A stretch of 63,367 nt of DNA, filler included, from Globobulimina sp. (lineage: Eukaryota), in NCBI GenBank assembly GCA_003354225.1. It is 36 parts of 36 records of this genome, joined end to end, with 100 filler letters (N's around TTAATTAATTAA, not from the genome) between each part and the next. Parts side by side here need not be neighbours in the genome. Positions count along the whole stretch, not along the records: positions 12,349 to 14,012 come from PIVH01013429.1; positions 14,113 to 15,776 come from PIVH01013430.1; positions 15,877 to 17,539 come from PIVH01013431.1; positions 17,640 to 19,302 come from PIVH01013432.1; positions 19,403 to 21,065 come from PIVH01013433.1; positions 21,166 to 22,828 come from PIVH01013434.1; positions 22,929 to 24,591 come from PIVH01013435.1; 29 more parts are not named here. The stretch is one strand, 5' to 3'. This document shows positions 12,249-23,859 of this stretch, one piece after another (the stretch's first letter is position 1; every line of letters begins with the position of its first letter). Made by a program: the position numbers and the translations under genes. Below the pieces are notes generated by a model, which saw only the letters and a list, made by a program, of their open reading frames with translations, was not told the DNA's origin and made no database searches.

Positions 12249-12348
12249 NNNNNNNNNNNNNNNNNNNNNNNNNNNNNNNNNNNNNNNNNNNNTTAATTAA
12301 TTAANNNNNNNNNNNNNNNNNNNNNNNNNNNNNNNNNNNNNNNNNNNN

Positions 12349-13008
12349 CATTGGGGAGAAACCAACGATGAAGGAAGCGAACATACATTGAATGGCGTCC
12401 AGTATCCATTGGAGATACATTTAGTGCATTATTCCTGTGATTATTATGAATTAAAACATGCCGCCGCAGCATATGCAAACGGTGAATTATCACAGCACGA
12501 CGACGATAATATATTGGCGGTAATTGGTGTGTTATTTGAGGTTGGCGACGCAAATCCGGTGTTAGAAACCATATTAAATGATATCGTATTAGAAGGAATT
12601 TCTGACCACACCGGACTTGACATTATCGATTCAGATCATGGTTCCTTAGAATTGTTTTATACAGAATTTGATCTCTCTGAATTAGTGCCATCCGACCTAA
12701 CCTATATTGGATACGAGGGCTCATTGACCACGCCGCCATGCTATGAAACTGTACGATGGCATGTAATGAGAAATACAATGAGTGTCTCTGAAGATCAATT
12801 AAATCGGTTTAGACTGCTGATGGAGGGCTCAAATCATACAATTGCGCCAAATTATAGACCTGTGCAAGAATTAAACGATAGAGAATTGTTTGTGTGTGAG
12901 CAAGATATTGAAAATCAGGTTGTTGAAAAAGAAGATATGTCAATGATGTTGCAAATGAGTATGCTAAATGTGTTATTATTTATTTGTAGCCAATTTCTTT
13001 TGTATTGA
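12349..13008 (+). CDS. Alpha-carbonic anhydrase, 5' partial, with hydrophobic C-terminus
   Basis: HWG..GSEHTLNG..PLEIHLVH, YEGSLTTPPCYETVRW and NYRPVQ motifs. Confidence 0.95.
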   Translation, partial: HWGETNDEGSEHTLNGVQYPLEIHLVHYSCDYYELKHAAAAYANGELSQHDDDNILAVIGVLFEVGDANPVLETILNDIVLEGISDHTGLDIIDSDHGSLELFYTEFDLSELVPSDLTYIGYEGSLTTPPCYETVRWHVMRNTMSVSEDQLNRFRLLMEGSNHTIAPNYRPVQELNDRELFVCEQDIENQVVEKEDMSMMLQMSMLNVLLFICSQFLLY

Positions 13009-13519
13009 AACAAATTTTATTCATTACATTTTTGTGTTTTTTTTTTGTTTTTGTTTGAAATATAACTTTATATATTTTATTAATATTAATTTTAATCTCT
13101 CCTAATTTTATGTTTTTTTTAACAATGTATGCGATGATCGTGCACTTAAAATGGCGTATAATATACTTATACGCATAGTGTAAAATCATCTGATGCGACA
13201 CGTATCCATTGGTCGGGAAATCGTCCATCAATCCCGACCTTCATAAAACTGATATACGGCAAACCTTAAAGTCTTTGTGCTGTTATCTTTTGGAATTTAT
13301 CGTTTAGTGAGAAAAGCTTATCGATCGGAAATGAAAAAAACTTTAAGAACCACAATTAATTTGAGGCCCTCCAAACATTGTTTTTTATTTGTGGGTTATA
13401 CGTTGTTTTTTGTACTATTGTATACTACGTATATAGGTTAGTATAGGACAGCTCAATTTATATTAGTTTGCAATCTCAATTGTGTTCGCTAATATGTGCG
13501 TAGTATACAAAGAGTATAA

Positions 13520-14012
13520 TTATATAAATTTAGGACGAGTGGATGGAGTATGAGTTCGTAAATGTATTTTGAGAGCAGCATTCTGTGTAAATTTCTTTCT
13601 GCAATATGTACATTTATACGGTCTGTCAATTGTATGGCTTTGAATATGTTTAATTAACATAAATTTCCTATCCGTTGAAAATTTACAGTTTGCATGTTGA
13701 CATTTCCATTTTTTAGCAGTAATATTTATTATCATTGAATCAGATTTGCCATTTTTATCCTCATTATTATTATTATTATGCGTACCCGTTGTTATGCCAT
13801 TGGTATTTATCCGTCTTCGCAGTGTATCCGATTCTTCACTTGCTCCCTCATTCATATTTGACTTGTTTTCACTCTGATAATTATCGCCCAAATATGGAAT
13901 ATTTGATAAATTAGCTGCAACATCGCATAATGTTGAAGTTGCAATTGGTTCTTTTTTGGGATGCGATTGAATTTTTTTATTGGTTTGAAGAGATTGACAT
14001 GATTGCAATTGA
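13520..14012 (-). CDS. C2H2 zinc-finger protein (2 fingers)
   Basis: CQHANC..HIQSH-TIDRPY-KCTYC..HLRTH. Confidence 0.85.
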
Positions 14013-14606
14013 NNNNNNNNNNNNNNNNNNNNNNNNNNNNNNNNNNNNNNNNNNNNTTAATTAATTAANNNNNNNNNNNNNNNNNNNNNNNNNNNNNNNN
14101 NNNNNNNNNNNNTTAATTATGGCATTCAATAATGTCAAGGTAAACGAGATTAGAAAACTTTGTAACTGTGAAAAGAAGTGTTTAGAAGTTTAAGCCTAAA
14201 AAGTCAACTGCTTAGTTGATTAAAAAAACCACAAAAATACATGAACCAAACAAAAAAAAATACTATACAAACTAACACAAAATGTCTGGATGTTTGTTAC
14301 ACATTTTGTCTCAATATAAAAACTAACAAATTTGAACAAAATACATTCCATACATCCAAGACCAAGACAGAAAGTAAACGCAACAAAAAAATTTAAAAAA
14401 AAAAGCTCAGACCAAAAAAATGTTATGTCATTTTATATTAATATTTTTATAATATGTTTTATAATATAAACCATCTCATATTAAAATGCTATTTGTTCCC
14501 ATCAAATGTCAATAAATTGTTAAAAAAATTACTAAATACTTTATCTGCAAATTGTATACAAAATATAAAACATCAAAAGAAAACAACAGTATCCACGCGA
14601 ATTTAG

Positions 14607-15020
14607 CTATGTTTTTTTATGTATTTTCATATGATCCTTCCAACCATACCGTTGTTTAAACCCTCTTTTACATATTTTACATTTAAATGGCTGCTCCCCA
14701 GTATGTACTCGTTTATGTTCCTCATAATTTGCTTTCCGGCCAAATCTTTTATTACAAAACTCACAAACATGTGCATCCGGTGTATGTATTTTCGAATGAC
14801 TCCGCAAATTACAAATATATTTATATACTTTGCCACATTTCTTACATTTATAGCCGCCATCACAGCTCGCATCCAACGATACAAATTCATTCTTTTTTCG
14901 TTTTTTTATTGGCTCTAAAGAGGGTATCTGCAATCTCCGTTTTTTGGATGTTTTTTTTTGTTTGTTCACTGTACATGTTTTTGTTGGCGTTGCCACGGTT
15001 TCTCTTCCTGTTACTGTCAC
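14607..15020 (-). CDS. C2H2 zinc-finger protein (3 fingers), last exon
   Basis: Three CxxC..HxxxH fingers with a TGEQPF linker. Confidence 0.9.
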   Translation of the reverse strand: MTVTGRETVATPTKTCTVNKQKKTSKKRRLQIPSLEPIKKRKKNEFVSLDASCDGGYKCKKCGKVYKYICNLRSHSKIHTPDAHVCEFCNKRFGRKANYEEHKRVHTGEQPFKCKICKRGFKQRYGWKDHMKIHKKT

Positions 15021-15317
15021 TGTGCAAGTTTACAAAAAATGTATGAGTATTTTTTGAAGATTCAAGCTTATGCACGAGAGGCTGTCAACATTTTCATGCT
15101 TAGTCCACATTTTTGTGTGAAGGTTGGACTCAAAAACTTCATACATTTTTGGCAACTTGTCACTGTTGCTCTTGTTTCTGGTGTTTGCATACTTTGTACA
15201 TGATTTATATGATTTAAATTTGGATTTATACCCATTGGATGTATCAATTTCTTCCCATGATTCTGATTCATATCACTCGCATTCGAAGCATACAAACGAC
15301 TGGAACCTAAACACAAT

Positions 15318-15776
15318 TTATATGTTGATCGAGAACCTGACAAACAACACAAAAATATGTACATACATACCGGTCTGTGGTGGACGTATACCATTTTGTT
15401 GTGATTGCATGCTACGATTTAAATGATTCAAAGCAATTTGACATTGGTTAACAACCAGCGGATAATGGTGGTGTATTTGCATAGCATTGGTTAATATATT
15501 TGTAATATTACAATTCATCAATGTCTGAATACTTATTTTCCTCTTATTTGTACTGCAACAGATGGACCATACCATCCTAGCAATAACTACTGCCATTTCA
15601 GCAGTATTTATCCCGCTACGCAATGCAGAAAGAAATGTGTCCAAACTCAATGCTTCTGGGCCATTACTAACCGGATTCGCATCATATCGCAATGGTGCTC
15701 GATTATTGTTATTATGCGTATTAAATACACGATTATTATTATTATTATTGTTGTTGTTATGATAACAACTGCATTG
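15318..15776 (-). CDS. ARM-like helical repeat fragment
   Basis: ILTNAMQIHHHYPLVVNQCQIAL resembles an armadillo-type AM..H....V motif. Confidence 0.4.
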   Translation of the reverse strand, partial: QCSCYHNNNNNNNNNRVFNTHNNNNRAPLRYDANPVSNGPEALSLDTFLSALRSGINTAEMAVVIARMVWSICCSTNKRKISIQTLMNCNITNILTNAMQIHHHYPLVVNQCQIALNHLNRSMQSQQNGIRPPQTGMYVHIFVLFVRFSINI

Positions 15777-16139
15777 NNNNNNNNNNNNNNNNNNNNNNNN
15801 NNNNNNNNNNNNNNNNNNNNTTAATTAATTAANNNNNNNNNNNNNNNNNNNNNNNNNNNNNNNNNNNNNNNNNNNNCCTAGTATTCAAAGTTGAAAACCA
15901 CTCTAGCTAACCCAAAAACCTTCCCAATCACAAAAGAAGTGTTTAGAAGTTTAAGCCAAAAAGTCAAATGGAATGGTAAACAACAAATGTTTCCATAATG
16001 GCGCAGATAAAATAGATTCGTAATTTGGTCCATGGTGAAACATCGCATAACACACATGTCGAACTACAAAAAATGAGCATGGATACGTTAGTGCCATTGT
16101 TATAATGGAATATAATTAAACAATGCAATTAACAATATT

Positions 16140-17163
16140 TTATTGATCCGGATCCGGATTTTGATCATGTAACGCTTGCAATCGTTTCTTTTGTTGATTC
16201 CTTTTCCTTCTCGCAATCTCAGTATTTCTCCTCAAATATCTTTCTTTTTTATCCTTTTGATGTTGAAATCGAAAGCCATCAAATACGAACTTGACAATAC
16301 TTTGATTCTTTGCTAAAGCGTCCAATAACTCATTCAATACTTGCGTCGAAATAGTTTTCTTGTTATTATACAACTTAACAATCTCAATGCGATCATCATT
16401 GGCTATAAATTGAGCCAAATACTTGACTCCTTCATCGCCGATCGGATTAGACTCAAGCCACAATTATTTGATATTATGCTCATTGCTATTCGCGGCTAAC
16501 TTTTCCAATATTTTCTTTAAAAATTTATCATTTATATCTGCATTACACATTTGTACTTGTTTTAAGTCTTTATTTTTGATCAACGAATCGCAGATTAAAT
16601 TTTCCATATTTCCTTTTTCTTTCTCACTCATTCTCTTCATCATAACATTATTGTTCATATTTAGCACTTCCATCAATGGCAACACTTTGACTTCCTCCGA
16701 TTCCTCCGATTCGCCACTCCTTTTCCTATGATCTGGCGGCTTTTCCCTCGCTACAAACAATCCCAAATCCTGCACAATTTGTACAGCGGCCTCGGCATCG
16801 CCATCTACGCCGTTTGCCAACGCTTCCTTTAATATTTTGCCCTTTGCCCCACTTAGCGAGACATGTACAGAACGTGTATTTTTTTTGTGTTTTTCAATTT
16901 TCTCTGCAAATAAAGATGCGATATTCTCTTTGGATGCGGTGCTCACTTTAACAGCCTTTAAATTTCTCTCTTCTCTCAATGCAGATATCTTTTCTTTCAT
17001 TTTTGAGTCTTTGTTGGATTTATTTTGTAAAGCTTTCATTCTCTCTTTTAATGATATGATTGGTTCTTTTTCTTTTTCTTTTTCTTTTTCTTTTTCTTCT
17101 CTATTTAAATTTGCATGTTTTAAATTTCCATGTTCAAGCAATGAAAATCGAGATTTAACCATG
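16140..17163 (-). CDS. Tropomodulin/RNI-like LRR protein interrupted by an in-frame TAA (16464-16466)
   Basis: LKQVQMCNADI..NIK*LWLESNPIGDEGVKYLAQFI..IVKLYNN; the LRR pattern continues in frame across the stop. Confidence 0.7.
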
Positions 17164-17760
17164 ATAATAGGTTTTTGTTTTTGTTTTTGTTTATATTTCC
17201 ATTCTGTCGACGTCTTCTTTTTCATAAATCTTTTATTTATAATATCTCGTCGACGTCCAATATCTCGTCGACGCGCAATATCTTTCACAGTGAATCCTTG
17301 ACCACGCAAAGCATTCGCAAGCAAACTTATAAAGCGTCTTAAACGTTCAATTTCGTCGGCTGTTGCTTTGATTAATGCCAGTTTAGAATCTCGTAAATAA
17401 TTATTTTCCATTTGTAATGCTTCATTTTCTTGTTTATATTTTTGTAATTCACCACTTAGTCGCAACGCCATTGCTTAATTATATAATGCTAACAACTTAG
17501 TACAGTGACATGATGCATTATAAATGCTTCAATATCAATNNNNNNNNNNNNNNNNNNNNNNNNNNNNNNNNNNNNNNNNNNNNTTAATTAATTAANNNNN
17601 NNNNNNNNNNNNNNNNNNNNNNNNNNNNNNNNNNNNNNNCAACCATTCCAAGCTGAGTTCCATCTGCATCATCCATACAAATTGGTGCAGGAACATTAAT
17701 ATTTGTCGCTATTGTTGGAATTAACGGATTATCGCGAAAAATGTATAAAATGTATATGGA

Positions 17761-19230
17761 TCACATACGTTTTTCTTCACCATGATCACCACTCTGATTT
17801 CCTGGGGTTTGCATCATTTCGTCCATCTCATCAATTACTTCCATGTCATCGTCCTCATAATCACCATTATCACCTGTATTGATACCGGCATATACCTCGC
17901 TACTCGGCGCTGGTTGAACCACTGCAGCGGAGCCCATCGACATTCCCAATAAATTATGGTTTTTATACGATACCCCCATCAGTTCCCCCATAGTGGTCAG
18001 TGTGCTGTCGGCCAATTCGATATCTTTTTCCTTCCCAGCACCTTCATCTTGACCAATATGAGTTAATCGATGCGAAACAGCCAAAACGTTGTCATTCGCC
18101 CCAAATAAGTTATTCTCACTCATTACTATCTCCTCGTCACTGTCTTTATTATTCTTGGCATATTTCCTACAAAAAAACACAAACACCACCAACAACACGC
18201 AAAACAACACCGCACTCCCACCAATTATCACAATTTCCATATTCTCTCTACAAACATATAAAACGTAATTTGTGTACACAAACATGACAAAAACAAAACA
18301 TAACGAAAAAAAACCACCGCCGGAGCCAGCTGCTACCATTTCCACAGAATCCGATGTCGTGCTCACAGCGCCAATCTGTCCCGAACGTACAGGGGCATCG
18401 GTTGGCACTTTCGTAGTCGGAGCAGAGCTCGGATTGGATGTCGTTGGTGCACTCGTTGTTGGACTAAATGTCGGATTCGATGTAGTTGGCTGTAGCGTTG
18501 GGTACACAGTTGGCTGTACACTCGGTTCCGTGCTCGGTGGTGCAGTGGGCTGAGTGGTCGGTTCTGTGCTCGGCTGTACAGTGGGTTCGGCAGTGGGCAC
18601 TACGGTCGGTGGGGTGGTTGGTTGCATGGTGGGTTCTACAGTCGGTTCCGTACTGGGACTGGATGTGGGTTTGGAAGTGAATTCGGTCGGACTGGAGCTG
18701 GGCGTTTTGGTTGGCTCAGTTGGCTGCATTGTGGGATTAGTGGTTGGTTGTGTTGTTGGATTAGTTGTTGGATGCCTGGTGTTCCAGCAATCGCTCGCAT
18801 TGTGGAATGGATATTGGTCCAATGGAACAGGTCCCGGTATCTCGCCACCGGTACAGTCAATTTTTAGGTTAGCACAATCACCATAACATTCGACCCACAC
18901 ATCTTGCGGGTATCCATTGGGAGCATGTACATCCGCTTTAAATTTAGCGTCGGCAGCTACATAAATGTTACATGGCGCGGAGTCATACGTGCTTTGAAGC
19001 GAGAAGGAGGGACAATATAAATCCGCGGTGTCCCCAAAGACACTGCCTGATGCAAGCACATTGATTTCAAGGTATTGTATGTCGCGTAAGTCCACTTGCA
19101 TTTGTCTGCAATCTTCGTTGCCGCCATTGCAGTTAATGGTGACATGTTGTGTGTTAGTGCCGGAGTGAAGTACTGCTTTTTTCAGTCCCTTTGGTACTGA
19201 AGTCTCAAGGATTGCGTTTCCGGAATCTGA
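17761..19230 (-). CDS. Type-I membrane surface protein: Cys-rich domain, PT-repeat stalk, TM, acidic tail
   Basis: (PTxxP)n repeats at ~18400-18775, TM IVIIGGSAVLFCVLLVVFVFFC; probable in-frame intron at ~18249-18315. Confidence 0.8.
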   Translation of the reverse strand, partial: SDSGNAILETSVPKGLKKAVLHSGTNTQHVTINCNGGNEDCRQMQVDLRDIQYLEINVLASGSVFGDTADLYCPSFSLQSTYDSAPCNIYVAADAKFKADVHAPNGYPQDVWVECYGDCANLKIDCTGGEIPGPVPLDQYPFHNASDCWNTRHPTTNPTTQPTTNPTMQPTEPTKTPSSSPTEFTSKPTSSPSTEPTVEPTMQPTTPPTVVPTAEPTVQPSTEPTTQPTAPPSTEPSVQPTVYPTLQPTTSNPTFSPTTSAPTTSNPSSAPTTKVPTDAPVRSGQIGAVSTTSDSVEMVAAGSGGGFFSLCFVFVMFVYTNYVLYVCRENMEIVIIGGSAVLFCVLLVVFVFFCRKYAKNNKDSDEEIVMSENNLFGANDNVLAVSHRLTHIGQDEGAGKEKDIELADSTLTTMGELMGVSYKNHNLLGMSMGSAAVVQPAPSSEVYAGINTGDNGDYEDDDMEVIDEMDEMMQTPGNQSGDHGEEKRM

Positions 19231-19402
19231 ATATGTTCAGGGGGATGTATACATTTTCTAGATGTTTATTTGACGTACACTGTTTTTTAGATATTGTAGA
19301 TANNNNNNNNNNNNNNNNNNNNNNNNNNNNNNNNNNNNNNNNNNNNTTAATTAATTAANNNNNNNNNNNNNNNNNNNNNNNNNNNNNNNNNNNNNNNNNN
19401 NN

Positions 19403-20640
19403 TAATTTGAACTTGGAATGTTAAAGTTTTGCAATCTTTTAAGTCACTCCACTCTCCCCATGCATGTGTACCGTAACTACTTGCTTCCGCATTAAACGCA
19501 TGATCATATTCCATTGTATCGTTCTTTTCAATGCAAGTTAAGCTAAATTTAGCAGTTAATACACTGATATTATTTGGCCATACAACCAGTCGCAAATATA
19601 TGGCAGTACAAGTATCATGTCCATGTACAGACAAATTGCCTCGAGGGTATAGAGTAACAACCCACATATTATTAATAATCTCACTGCACATACATTTGCC
19701 TACAGCACAATTGCGAAATATATCCATCATGCTTTCATCCAATTTATATTCGAATGTTTGGTTTAATGGAATTGTTGTCCATGTTGTTGGCGTCAAAGAT
19801 TTAAACGGATAATTAATAGTTTCTATGCGTTCTGTTGTATCATTCTTTAATCGAATAGAAAATATATGCACTTCAACCTGAATAGATATGGTCTCAGTGT
19901 CTAATAATTCAGTCAGAGGACATTTCCTTGTCTGTTAATAAAAAATTATAGCTAATTATTTTATAATTTTGCATTTCTGCATCATATATCAAACTGTTAT
20001 CAACTATAATTTTACAAACAATATATGAGTAGTTATTTTTTTTCCAATTGCTGTATACAGTTAAGTTGGATCTATAACTGCAACGGTAAAAAAATAACTC
20101 CATCTTCAAAATATACCCAATATTCGTATTGTTGAGCTGTTAATGTTTCTGTCCATGGCGCACTTGCAAGGCATTCAATTACACGGAATGTTCGACCAAA
20201 AGTAACATTATTTATCATAGATGGTAACGATAATAAACGTAAATGAATAACAAAATACGTTTCTAATTCCTTATTGTTTCCATTTGGGTATATTTCCAAT
20301 TTCCATCTTAATTTAGCCATTATAAATTCATCACTTTCAAACTTGTCACAATTCTTAGCAGTTAACATTTTGATTACCATTTCTGGATTGTTTATTTTCC
20401 ATATATATAAGCCTTCGTTTATGAAATAGTTTTCAAGATATAATAATATAATATGCATTATGCATGGTGGGATATTATAATATGCATTATTTTGATGTGG
20501 TAATAATGACTGAGAGTCTCTTATATATCCACACACAATGAATCTTGTAGCTTTATCAACGTTTTGTTCTGGTGGTTGTAGTGATACGTATACATCATCA
20601 AAACTTAAGGAAAGTCTGGAAAGGTCATCTTGTGTTGACA
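19403..20640 (-). CDS. Tandem MATH/TRAF-like domain protein, intron-containing
   Basis: FESDEF..LRWKLEIYPNG..VIHLRLL and MWVVTLYPRG..AIYLRLV..LTFQVQI are two MATH-like repeats. Confidence 0.7.
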
Positions 20641-21165
20641 TAAGACTAACTGTTTTTAAATGTAGAAACACGCGCATGAAAAATAACAAAAATAGCAAAC
20701 CAAACAAAAAATACAAAAAGACACAAATATACATAATATTAATTAATGTGAGATGATAACTATTTAGTTTTACAAATTATTAATTCATTTTTTATTAACT
20801 TCACAGAAAAATTACTATCAACAAATTTAGAACGCATTTCATCTGAAAATACATCAAATAGCCATTCATTATATTCATCTTTAATTAGTATTCGATCAAA
20901 TGTTTTTGGTAATATTGCTGAATCGATAATTGATAATAAATTATAAATATTAAATGTATACTCTTTATCTGTAATGATTATTATTTCATTCATATTTGGA
21001 AATAATTCAAATAATAATGGTTTAAATAAATTAATATTATTATCATCAATATCTGAAACAGATTGNNNNNNNNNNNNNNNNNNNNNNNNNNNNNNNNNNN
21101 NNNNNNNNNTTAATTAATTAANNNNNNNNNNNNNNNNNNNNNNNNNNNNNNNNNNNNNNNNNNNN

Positions 21166-21690
21166 CATGAGTCACGCCTAATGGAAATTGTATAATTGGC
21201 GGATTGGCAACTTGTGGGCCGTTGTTGCTACTTTTTGAAAGATCTATTTTTACCTCGGTTCGAAACCAATTATTAGAGCCCAACATTAAATTACCGAGTC
21301 TGCAACATTGCTCATAATAGGCTACATAGGCAATATTAGACGCATATGTGTGGGTTCTGATCTCTTCATATAATGACCACTCTTCGCCCTCTACATCCGT
21401 TCCAGTTGCTATCTGGACTTCGCTTCCAAATGCGTAATAAGAGCCATCACCCCAATAACCAACCCCAGCAAAAGGGCCAGCAGGACCAACCACTCTTATA
21501 TATATTTTGATATATTTATATTTTGATATATTTATATATTTTAATAAAAAAACACAAAAACATACCGCCACGCATCTGTTTGCGTCAATGTAACTGTTTT
21601 ACCTGACCGCGTCCACGAATAGGTACCGGCTCGATAATGACTTGAATGTGATAATGCTATAAATGATGCGATTGCAAGTAAATTCTGCAT
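21166..21690 (-). CDS. Secreted protein resembling the Sib/integrin-beta-like N-terminal domain (3' partial)
   Basis: Signal MQNLLAIASFIALSHS, then SHYRAGTYSW, an intron at ~21496-21565, QCCRL and NNGPQVANPPII. Confidence 0.55.
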
Positions 21691-22928
21691 CTTTCAATTA
21701 ATGATTCTTATTTATTGTTGTGGTTTGTTGGTTTGTTTGTTTAAAGCTCACTTCAAAAAAACTTCAATATCTAACATCTCTACGAGTTAAATATTTTTTA
21801 ATATTCCAATCTTGCGTCTTGTTATCATATATTGTCTGTTTTTTTAGCGCTTTCAAGTGTAGATTCATTATAATCGAACGTAGCAATAACTGTAAGAAAA
21901 GCACCAAGAATAAATATGATATCCAAATAATCAGTTGTCAAAAAAACTCAATATAATTGAGAATGTCCAACTAACCATTTTTCGAGACCGTTACATTTTG
22001 TAACTCTGTCTTTATGAGAACCCATAGAAACTAGTTTACAAATGGAGGGTGTGACCGTCTTTTATTGAAGAAGGGCGGAAGTAATGGAATAAATTAAACA
22101 AGAAATAAAGAAGAAAGAAATGATATTTGCAAATCAGTCAACCGATTACAAATCAAATAGCAATTAGCAAACGAAACTGATATTTGCAAATCACAAACGA
22201 AACTGCATATAATTAATTGTATAATCAATGATAATTAATTATAATTGAATGAATATATTTGGAACAAACTATAAACGATCCTGCAACAAATAATTGCTAA
22301 TGATAACCAGTAAAAATATCCGGTAATCATGATCCAAGTACATTATTTAAACAGATAAAGATAAATATTTTAATTTTGCAAAATGTATAAATATTCATAA
22401 ACAATTGTATGCTGTGAATGGTGAAACTAATTTATTTATAATTGGTTATGGTGTTTCTGTGTCAGCGATTTGCGAATCAACACCAATTTGGTCTGAATAT
22501 CCATTAAAAAATGATACAGAATTTGGCAAAGAATTTATACCGTTTATTGCATAAAAATGTGATAGCTTATTACGCGTTTTATGTGCGAATCTGTAATGAT
22601 ATTTTGTTTTGGGATTCGCGATCCTGTGTTGGATCACTGTAAATATAAATAAAAATATATATATTTTTCCTTTTACAAATAATAAACAGATAACACTCAA
22701 TAATAAATAGATAGTAATATATTATAAACAGATAGTAATATATTAAATATTTTATATACATTTAAATAATTAAAAAATTGTCGACAAGCGACGTAGACTC
22801 CTGGGTAGGAATTAATTTATTTCCTCAANNNNNNNNNNNNNNNNNNNNNNNNNNNNNNNNNNNNNNNNNNNNTTAATTAATTAANNNNNNNNNNNNNNNN
22901 NNNNNNNNNNNNNNNNNNNNNNNNNNNN

Positions 22929-23859
22929 CCCAAAAGATCCACAAATATTTAAACCCGCAAAACCAATACAAACTGTGTCCGTAGCTGAAATACTACCAAA
23001 TAAAAAACGTAAATTTAATGAAATAAATAATAATAATAATATATCCACACATAAACGAATGAGAATGGATGAGAACACGGACAATTTATATGGTGATTGC
23101 ATTAATGAGTCATCCGATGATGACGGTATCCGTAATAACAACAATAATAACAATGTCGTGTTAGGCATTCCAAGCAATGATTATAATGATAATAACACCA
23201 ATAATTTACTTTGTATCGCCACGAAAAGAAATAGTAAACAAATAATAAATATCAATGCCGGTAAAAATCGTGTATTTAAACCAAAGCATCAGAAACGATA
23301 TAAAGTAAGAACGGGAATGACAAATAATGGAAAAAGCAGGACACTGAGAAATGATATGGAGGATATTGAGAAAAACCATCCGTTATTTCAAAACGATCCA
23401 CTTTTTAAATCACAGTTCGATACAAACGACAATTGTTTACATTTTATGGCGAAAGGAATGTGCGGATATGTCAATGAAGGGAAATGTCGATTGGATCATC
23501 CGACGCAGTTTGATGCAAAGAATTTTTATTGTCCTTCAATGCGTCGTTTCAATGAATGTCATAGAAATGCATGCAAGTTTACGCATAATTTGAAGGATGT
23601 GCCGTGTGAAGATTATTATAATGGACATTGTGACATTAATGATTGTGCTCAAAGTCATGCATTCAGCAGACAGCAATTTAAGGAATGGAAACAAACAAAA
23701 GTGCAAAGAGGCGAAGCATGGAAGAAATGGCAGGCGTTGCAAAATGAGAGGATGGGAAGGAAAATGAAGTATGCTCGAAATGGGAGTATGGAGGAAAGAA
23801 ACGATGAAAGATTAACATCTACGACAGACCAATTGTTTACTTCTGCATTGACGGAGTGA
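22929..23859 (+). CDS. CCCH zinc-finger protein (3 fingers)
   Basis: CLHFMAKGMC..CRLDH, CPSM..C..CKFTH, CEDYYNGHC..CAQSH. Confidence 0.85.

Noticed and set aside
13150..13250. Hairpins GCGTATAA..TTATACGC and GGTCGGGA..TCCCGACC as a SECIS element or ncRNA
   Set aside because: The minus-strand ATGA has no matching GA quartet on the 3' arm or apical AA, and no recognisable RNA family motif is present.
16464..16466. Genome-wide TAA reassignment (ciliate-like code)
   Set aside because: Conserved genes such as D2HGDH and DUS1 end in TAA, and long conserved ORFs have no internal TAA or TAG.
18272..18886. Val/Gly-rich plus-strand ORFs and other short antisense ORFs in the track
   Set aside because: They are shadows of PT-repeat or other real genes on the opposite strand.
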